Shown one piece after another: positions 55,744 to 64,000 of a stretch of 64,000 nucleotides of DNA. The translations under genes and the position numbers were made by a program. A model generated the notes under the pieces. The model saw only the letters and a program-made list of their open reading frames with translations. It had not been told where the DNA came from and did no database searches. Source of the stretch: Octopus sinensis (lineage: Eukaryota); the NCBI RefSeq assembly GCF_006345805.1, contig NC_043014.1, forward strand, positions 32,860,001-32,924,000, written 5' to 3'. Numbering within the stretch: the first letter of the stretch is position 1; every line of letters begins with the position of its first letter.

Positions 55744-55944
55744 CTTTATTTAAAAGCAGCAGAAATTCAACAGAACCTGTTACTCGGAGTTTCACGTTCC
55801 TGTTCGTCGGACAGTTTTGTTAAAATATTTTAACAAAACTGTCCGACGAGCAAGTAACAGGTTTTGTTGAATTTCTGCTGCTTTTAAATAAAGCATATTA
55901 TTCTACCCCTGGTATTTGAGTACTCTTTTTTCCACCTTGTTTCA
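55744..55944. mobile_element. TA-flanked palindromic element (arms 55744-55893) with a hammerhead-like motif
   Basis: Central perfect palindrome TCGTCGGACAGTTTTGTTAAAAT|ATTTTAACAAAACTGTCCGACGA; outer arms CTTTATTTAAAAGCAGCAGAAATTCAAC and its reverse complement; right arm has an internal deletion. Confidence 0.85.
55777..55814 (-). ncRNA. Minimal type I hammerhead-like motif (U4C variant)
   Basis: cugu CCGACGA ac aggaac gu GAA ACU ccg AGU A acag: stem I 4 bp, stem III 3 bp, GUA site. Confidence 0.6.
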
Positions 55945-55964
55945 CATTTATGTGTTTACTCCAG

Positions 55965-56129
<165 letters not shown>

Positions 56130-56153
56130 CATATATATATACATGTATATATA

Positions 56154-56214
<61 letters not shown>

Positions 56215-57287
56215 GTATGTATGTATAAATGTATGTATGTATGTATGTATGTATGTGTATGTGTGTTTATGGGGGTGGGTTGTATGACACAAAATTGTAA
56301 TGGTCATTTGGATGTTGACTAATGAAGAATTAGCTACAAATTTTTTGTTTGTTATATTTTTGTAAAAATTTCCATATGTTTTGTTTCTATTAAATTTTTG
56401 AAATATGTATATATGTATATATGTATGTATGTATATATAGAGATGTTCATATGTGTATACTTGTGTGTTACTGTCTCTTCTCTGACTTCATGTGATAGTC
56501 GAAAATGAATGCCACTGTACAAAGCCCTGTAACAAATCAGTGCTGGCTTTAATTTCTATAGAGAATCTGTAGAGATGGCCTTAACAAGTGATTTAATAGC
56601 ACTGCTAACACAGTAGAACACAGTTTTGATTTACGAAGTGTTTAATATACTTTGTAGTATATTGTGGTTATGTAACGAAATATGGTGTCCCTGCAAGTAA
56701 CTAAAAAGCAATATCTATATAAAATCATATAAAATCATACATGAAGACAAGAGAACAAATACATCAATCTGCAATGGTGCAGTAGGCAATATATTCTTCT
56801 CAAAATGCAAGCTTCCTATTATATGCAGTTTATCTTTTTATTTTTTAAATTTCTTTTTTTTTCACTAATTTTAAAAAATTTACTTTTTAAATTCTATTTT
56901 TTCTTTCCTCAAAAAACAATACTATTTTATTCTTTATTTCATTTTTGTATTATTTTTGAAGTTACAATCTCTTGAATTTCAAATAATTTCTTATTTACTT
57001 TCCCTTAGAATATAGAATGTTCTAGAAGACATCTTATGTTAAGAATGTTGTATTTTGAATTTTCTAACTCTTAATATCTTAGTCTCTTATATACAGATGT
57101 TTTGTTACATGAAGTATATTTTTATTTGTTTTCTTTGCCAACTAACATCAATTACTTAACTGTATATGATAGTATATATCAACAATATGACTTAACATAA
57201 AATATCTCAGTAGAGATTTCCAGGATCTCATATATGTAGTATAATGAGCTGAAAGCTTTCATTTGAGTTTATCCAAGGAATTCCTTC

Positions 57288-57525
57288 TCGAGCCATGCCA
57301 GGCTCATAAGGGCTGGTTTCCCGGTTTCAGTGGCATAGAAATTACCCACCTGGATGGGAAGCCGGTCTGTCGCAGGATTACTCATTTTTTCTAACTGAGT
57401 GGACTGGAGCAATATGAAAAGAAGTGTTTTGCTCAAGAACACAATGCATCGCCCGGTCCAGGAATCGAAACCACAACCTTATGATCATGAGTTCAACACC
57501 CTAACCACTAAATCATGCACCTCCG
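57288..57525 (-). mobile_element. SINE family C
   Basis: Near reverse complement of 52414-52658. Confidence 0.85.
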
Positions 57526-57741
57526 CATATTCAAGTAATTAGTATACTAAAATTTGTTCTAAAGATTTGTAAAATCTAAAAATAAAAACAAGAGACATCA
57601 CTTAAATAACATCAACAGATGAGTATTTGTGGACTATTTAAACAAAACAGATTAAAAGAAGGTCTCATCTTTAAAACTAATTATTTAAAGCAACAGGATA
57701 AGACCAACTCTGTATTGTAGTTCGGTTATTTATTTTTCAAA

Positions 57742-58410
57742 TGTGGTATGCAAGAGAGGTGACTGCACTGGTATGGCCATGTGTTATGTATGAATGAAGA
57801 TAGCTGTGTGAGGAAGAGCCACTCCCTAACTGTAGAAGGAACTTGTAGAAGAGGTAGACCCAGGAAGACATGGGATGAGGTAGTGAAGCATGACCTTTGA
57901 ACATTGGGCCTCACAGAGGCAATGACAGGAGACTGGGACCTTTGGAGATGTGCTGTAATAAAGAAGAGTTGGCAACTAAAGTGAGATCACAGCCACGCAT
58001 GTCTGGCCCTGTTAAGAATACCCTGATGCATAGGGCAATATGATATGCTTGAGAAGACCTGTTGAGCCAAATAAAACCAATATCATAGCTGGGGCCAGTA
58101 AAATGCACCAAACGATCATGACTGATGCTAGTGCCCCCATGACTGACTCCAGTGATGGTTGCATGTAAAAAGTACCATCCAAACGTGATCATTGCCAGGC
58201 CTGCCTGACTGGCTCCTGTGCCGGTGGCACATAAAAAGTACCCACTACACTCTTGGAATGATTGGCGTTAGGAAGGGTATCCAGCTGTAGAGACATTGCC
58301 AGATCAGATTGGAGCCTGGTGCAGCCTCTGGCTCTCCAGACCTCAGTCAAATCATCCAACCCATGCCAGCATAGAAAACGAACGTTAAACGGTGATGATG
58401 ATGATGATGA
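57742..58410 (+). mobile_element. RTE LINE 3' fragment with UTR and (GAT)n tail
   Basis: LHWYGHVL..., RGRPRKTWDEVVKHDL, then the RTE tail. Confidence 0.85.
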
Positions 58411-59689
58411 AAATTTGAAAGCATTCATTAGTGCAATGATACATGGCTTGTTGAATACTTGATATGGTTGGACAGAAGTGACAGAAGTCAAAATTTCAAA
58501 TTAATACAATGTGGGATGTTTTTGAACTTTACTGACAACTTATATTTAGAAAATGTAATATAATTCTTCTTATTTGGTTACAGAATGTGTGTTTGTGTTG
58601 ATGATATCTTATTTTGAATTATTATAAGTTAACACATACACACATATGTATATATATATATAAGATTGCAGTTGATGTATGTTAGTGATTAGTGTTGCAC
58701 TATAAGCTAGGTTACTAAGTAGGCAATTACTGTCTAACTAGCACAAAGAAGAGTGTTACAATTGCAATTGGTTGGACTGGGTGTATAGCTTTTCCTGTCC
58801 ACCAAGTCAAATCACCCATAAAGTAATTTCTTAACATACCACAATAAAATAATACACTATGACCCCATACCTACTTTTCAGCTACAATGTTCAAACAAAT
58901 TAACCCCAAAATAACTATATATAAGATTTGGAAAATCAAAGTAATTTACAACACAATGAAAGCTATACAGCTGAAACATTGAAGTGATTGTCAATTTTTT
59001 CCTTATAAAAATATGATATGTTACTTCACGGAAAAGTATTGCATGATTTAGTGATGCTGACACTGCTTTATAGCATTGGTGAGAGTGATGATGGTGGTAG
59101 TGGTGATGATGGTACTGGTACTAAAAGTACCATCAGCTGTGGTGGTACTATTGTTGTTTCATTTAATCCCAGCTCAACACTAATGGGACAAACCTATAGT
59201 CAAAGTCATTCCAATCATGACCATCCTGTCTCTTTATTGATATCTAGGGCTGTTTTTAGATAAGATAGTAAGGTAAGGTATTAGAGTAGATATGGTTGCT
59301 ACTTCTGGAAAATTGAATGGTGTCAGGGGCTCTCCTGTTGCTTCTTGTTGGTGGCAGCAGTGGTGGGGATGGTTACGCAGAATATTGTGATGTTACTAAT
59401 GATAGTGATGCTGGATGTTGTAGTAGTGGTGATGGTGGTGACAGTGGTGGCTGTGGTTGTGATGTAGTTGGTGATGTGGTCTGCAACAATGATGATGATG
59501 ATGAGGTGTTAGGTGTCGCCTGGGATGATAGAGGTGTTGGTTGAGGTGGAGGTATAGGTAGTGGTGATGATGGTACTGGAAGCAATGTTGGTTGTGATGA
59601 GAGTGTTGTAGAGGTGGTGGTATAGATAAGGGTGAAAGTATAAATAGTGGTGTCTAACAGAAGCAGTGGTAACAGTTATATGAAATGTC

Positions 59690-60259
59690 TTCCCTTTCTC
59701 TTTCCAGTACACATCTCTCTCATTCTCTCTCCCTCCCTCTCCTCATCCTCCCTCTCTCCATCCCTCTCCTTCCTCACCCTCTCTCTATCCCCTATTCCTC
59801 TCTCCATCCATCTCTCCCTCCCTATTTCCATCCCTCTCTCCATACCTCTCCTCCGTCATCCTCCCTGTCTCCATCCCCCTCTTTCTCCAACCCCCTCTCT
59901 CTCCATCCCCCTCTCTCTATCCCCTATTCCTCTCTCCATCCGTCTCTCCCTCCCTATGTCCATCTCTCTCTTCATCCTGCTCACCAGCTCTCTCTTCCTC
60001 ACTCTTTCCTTCTCTCTCTTCCTCTCCCTCTCTCTCACACACATCCTCTGTATCTCTACATCTCTTTCACATTTTTCTCACTAACTCTCCCCCTCTTATT
60101 AACTTCCATCAAGTCATTCTCTTTCTATCCTTAAATCTCCCTCTACCTCTCTCTTCCATCCTCTCCCTCTCTTTTCCCCCTCCTGTTCTCACTATCTCTT
60201 TTCCTCTTTCTTTCTCTGGTTTGCTTCCTTACACCAACACTTATGCACTTTCTCCCCAT

Positions 60260-60295
<36 letters not shown>

Positions 60296-60554
60296 GCCAA
60301 ACTACCTATGTTTCTGTCTATCTCAGGCTGTGTATCTGTCTCATTTTGTCTTTAACTAAATTATCACACAATAATTTTCTAACGTTAATTCTATTTGCAA
60401 TTCACAACAAAAACAGCAAGAACAATTATCTTTGAATTATTCCAAATTCCTATTTTAGAAATCAATACATACATACATACATACACACATACATACATAC
60501 ATACATACACACATACATACATACATACATACATACATACATACATACATACAT

Positions 60555-60585
<31 letters not shown>

Positions 60586-60613
60586 TACATACATACATAC
60601 ACACATACATACA

Positions 60614-60649
<36 letters not shown>

Positions 60650-60729
60650 CATGCATATATACATACATACATACATATATATACATGCATATATACATAC
60701 ATACAAGCATGCATGCATGCATACATACA

Positions 60730-60761
<32 letters not shown>

Positions 60762-60950
60762 GATATATATATATATGTGTATATAAACACACATACACAC
60801 ATATATGGATACACACATGTATATACATATATATATGTATGTATGTATGTATGCATGCATGCATGTATGTATGTATATATGCATGTATATATATGTATGT
60901 ATGTATGTGTGTATGCATGTATGTATGTGCATACACATAAATATATATTA
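59690..60950. repeat. CT-rich tract (59690-60290) and (CATA)n/(TATG)n array (60465-60950)
   Basis: Directly visible; explains ORF 60391..61401. Confidence 0.92.
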
Positions 60951-61438
60951 TCTGATAAATATATACATATGCACATATAAACACACAAACACAAGTAAAA
61001 CATACATGCATATATAAGTGTATATGGACATACACTAACACAAAACCTGTATTAATGTATGTACATAAACACATGCATAAAAAAAGAACAAATATGCATT
61101 CATATACACATAATTTACCATGCAGATATATGCATACACAAGTGTCCATACACAAACAAACACACATCGTATATACATGCACACATACACATGCATACAC
61201 ATATATAAATATATCTCTGTGTATGAATATAGCTAACATGAAGGCAGGGGAGAGTAGGTGATGACTGGCAGTTGAGAAAAGGTGTAAAATAGTAGAATAG
61301 TAATAATAAAAAAGACTATAGAAGAATGAAAGAAAGATAGATAACAAGAGGATGGATAGTGGGTAGGTTGTAAGTGTGTGTGAGCAGATAGATATAGACA
61401 TTTATATATCCATAGATATATATACAGATATGTGTATG

Positions 61439-61556
<118 letters not shown>

Positions 61557-61589
61557 ATATACACATATATATATATATATATATATATG

Positions 61590-62406
61590 TGCGTGTTGTG
61601 TGTCTGTGTTTGTCCCCCTAACATCGCTGGTGTGTTTACGTCCCCGTAACTTAGCGGTTCGGCAAAAAAAAAAGAGACCGATAAAATAAGTACTAGACTT
61701 ACAAAGAATAAGTCCTGGGGTCGATTTGATTGACTAAATGCGGTGCTCCAGCATGGCCACAGTCACATGACTGAAACAAGTAAAAGATAAAAGTGATACA
61801 TACACATATAGGCGTAGGAGTGGCTGTGTGGTAAGTAGCTTGCTTACGAACCACATGGTCCTGGGTTCAGTTTCACTGCATGGCACCTTGGGTGTCTTCT
61901 ACTACAATCTCAGGCCAACCAAAGCCTTGTGAGTGGATTTAATAGATGGAAACTGAAAGAAGCCAGTCAACTTTGCCTTTCATCCTTTCAGGGTCAATAA
62001 ATTAAGTACCAGTTATGCACTGGGGTCGATGTAATCTGTCCTTGTTTGTCCTTGTTTGTCCCCTCTATGTTTAGCCCCTTGTGGGCAATAAAGAAATAAG
62101 AGAGACAGAAAGGCTTAAAAAAGTAAGTACTGCACTCAATTTATTTGACTAAATATTCTTCAAGGTGGTGTCCAGAATGGCCACAGTCTAATAAGTGAAA
62201 CAAGTAAAAGATAAAAGATAAAAGTGATACATACACATATAGGCGTAGGAGTAGCTGTGTGGTAAGTAGCTTGCTTACGAACCACATGGTTCCGGGTTCA
62301 GTCCCACTGCATGGCACCTTGGGTAAGTGTCTTCTACTATAGCCTCGGGCCAACCAAAGCCTTGTGAGTGGATTTGGTAGACGGAAACTGGAAGAAGCCC
62401 GTCATA

Positions 62407-62460
<54 letters not shown>

Positions 62461-62664
62461 CGTGTTTGTGTGTCTGTGTTTGTCCCCCTAACATCGCTGG
62501 TGTGTTTACGTCCCCGTAACTTAGCGGTTCGGCAAAAAAAAAAGAGACCGATAAAATAAGTACTAGACTTACAAAGAATAAGTCCTGGGGTCGATTTGAT
62601 TGACTAAATGCGGTGCTCCAGCATGGCCACAGTCACATGACTGAAACAAGTAAAAGAGTAAAAG
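61590..62664 (+). mobile_element. Rearranged SINE cluster: family A 3' half, family A 5' half, family B 3' part, then a full young family A copy (62242-62664)
   Basis: A box TAGCTGTGTGG and B box GGTTCAGTCCC; blocks shared as described in findings. Confidence 0.85.
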
Positions 62665-63085
62665 TGTATATTCATGTGTTTGTACATTCATTTAGTCATA
62701 TATACATACACACACATTGAGACACACACACACTCACACACATGAGTGTGTGTGTGTGTATTTAGGCAGACATAGCTGTGAGGTTACGAAGTTCACTTTG
62801 CATTTACATAGTTTTGGTTTCATTCCCACTGCTCAGAGCATTAAACAAATATGTTTGGGGGAAGGGGGGCACCAAGTCTTGGGAATGAAATTTGGTAGAC
62901 AGAAACTGTACAGAAGCCTGTTGTATACAAATGTTTATGTGTGTCTGTGAAGGAAAAAGGACAGAATGAGATGAGAAAGATGAGAGAAAGAGAATGATAG
63001 AATGAAGGACCAAACATTATGTTGAAAGAGTTTTATTATAGGATCAGTTCACCCTTTAGCATTAAACCTGACCATTAAACCTGAC

Positions 63086-63259
63086 TAGGTGTAGGAGTGG
63101 CTGACTAGGCATGGTAAGTAGCTTGCTTACCAACCACATGGTTCTGGGCTCAGTCCCACAGCGTGGCACCTTGGGCAAGTGTCTTCTACTATAACCTTGT
63201 GCCGACCAAAGCCTTGTGAGTGGATTTGGTAGACGGAAACTGAAAAGAAGCCTGTTGTA

Positions 63260-63302
<43 letters not shown>

Positions 63303-63518
63303 ATAAGTTTGTGTGTCTGTGTTTGTCCCCCCAACATCGCTTGACAACCGATGCTGGTGTGTTTACATCCCCGTAACTTAGCAGTTCAGCAAAAGAGACC
63401 AATAGAATAAGTACTAGGCTTACAAAGAATAAGTCCTGGGATCGATTTGCTCAACTAAAAGCAGTGCTCCAGCATGGCCACAGTCAAATGACTGAAACAA
63501 GTAAAAGAGTAAAGAGAG
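63086..63518 (+). mobile_element. SINE family A, full length
   Basis: Head, central (TA)n, tail ending GAAACAAGTAAAAGAGTAAAGAG. Confidence 0.88.
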
Positions 63519-63698
63519 TAATATCCAGCCAAAATATTCTACCGGTTTTATGTTCACATTGGCCAGATCTGGCCTCTCACACCTACCGTACACTGTCATT
63601 CTAAAAATATACAATGACATCATCGAAATCTGGAAGCTACAAGATAATGCATTAGTTCAAAACAGTATGAATATATAAGCATTACATTTGACAGAGTG

Positions 63699-64000
63699 GA
63701 GGCACATGGCCTTGTGGTTAGAGCATCAGACTCACGGTTGAGGGATCGGGGGTTCGAATCTCAGACCCGGCGTTGTGTGTGTTTATGAGCGAAGCACATA
63801 AGTTCCACGTGGCTCAAGCAGAAGGTAATGGTGAACTTCTGCTGACTCTTTCATCACAACTTTCTCTCACTCTTTCCTCCTGCATCTTGCAGCTCACCTG
63901 CGATGGACTAGCGTCCAGTCCAGGTAGGGAACCTATATGCCAAGGAAACCGGGAAACCGGCCCTTATGCAGCAGGCATGGCTCGAGAAGGAACAAACAAA
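63699..64000 (+). mobile_element. SINE family C
   Basis: GGCACATGGCCTTGTGGTTAGAG...GGTTCGAATCTC; homologous to 52670-52980. Confidence 0.88.

Overview
AT-rich, microsatellite-dense animal genomic DNA. The repeat families resemble those I associate with octopus/cephalopod genomes (inference, not verified). I cannot support any host protein-coding exon, so this is probably intronic or intergenic DNA. Almost all long ORFs in the supplied track are translations of simple repeats. Recognisable content: decayed RTE-clade LINEs (best copy 8466-10980 +), a near full-length dead mariner (19652-20896), Tc1/mariner, piggyBac and hAT MITEs, Helitron/DINE-like relics, and dozens of copies of three tRNA-headed SINE families. 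The main observation is that five unrelated short elements lying in or next to (TA)n tracts each fold by hand into a type I hammerhead ribozyme: 5898-5934 (-) with 5986-6022 (+); 6327-6396 (-, fully canonical, GUC site); 17438-17497 (-) with 18292-18351 (+) inside a 482-bp tandem/inverted repeat; 49989-50023 (+); and 55777-55814 (-). Four of the five occur as head-to-head inverted duplications, several carry unusual catalytic-core variants (U3-A8, C3U, U4C), and a probable Penelope-like RT relic lies at 46960-47314. Together these suggest a diverse Penelope-derived or retrozyme-like ribozyme retroelement system targeting TA microsatellites. All folds were done by eye and none is experimentally shown to cleave.
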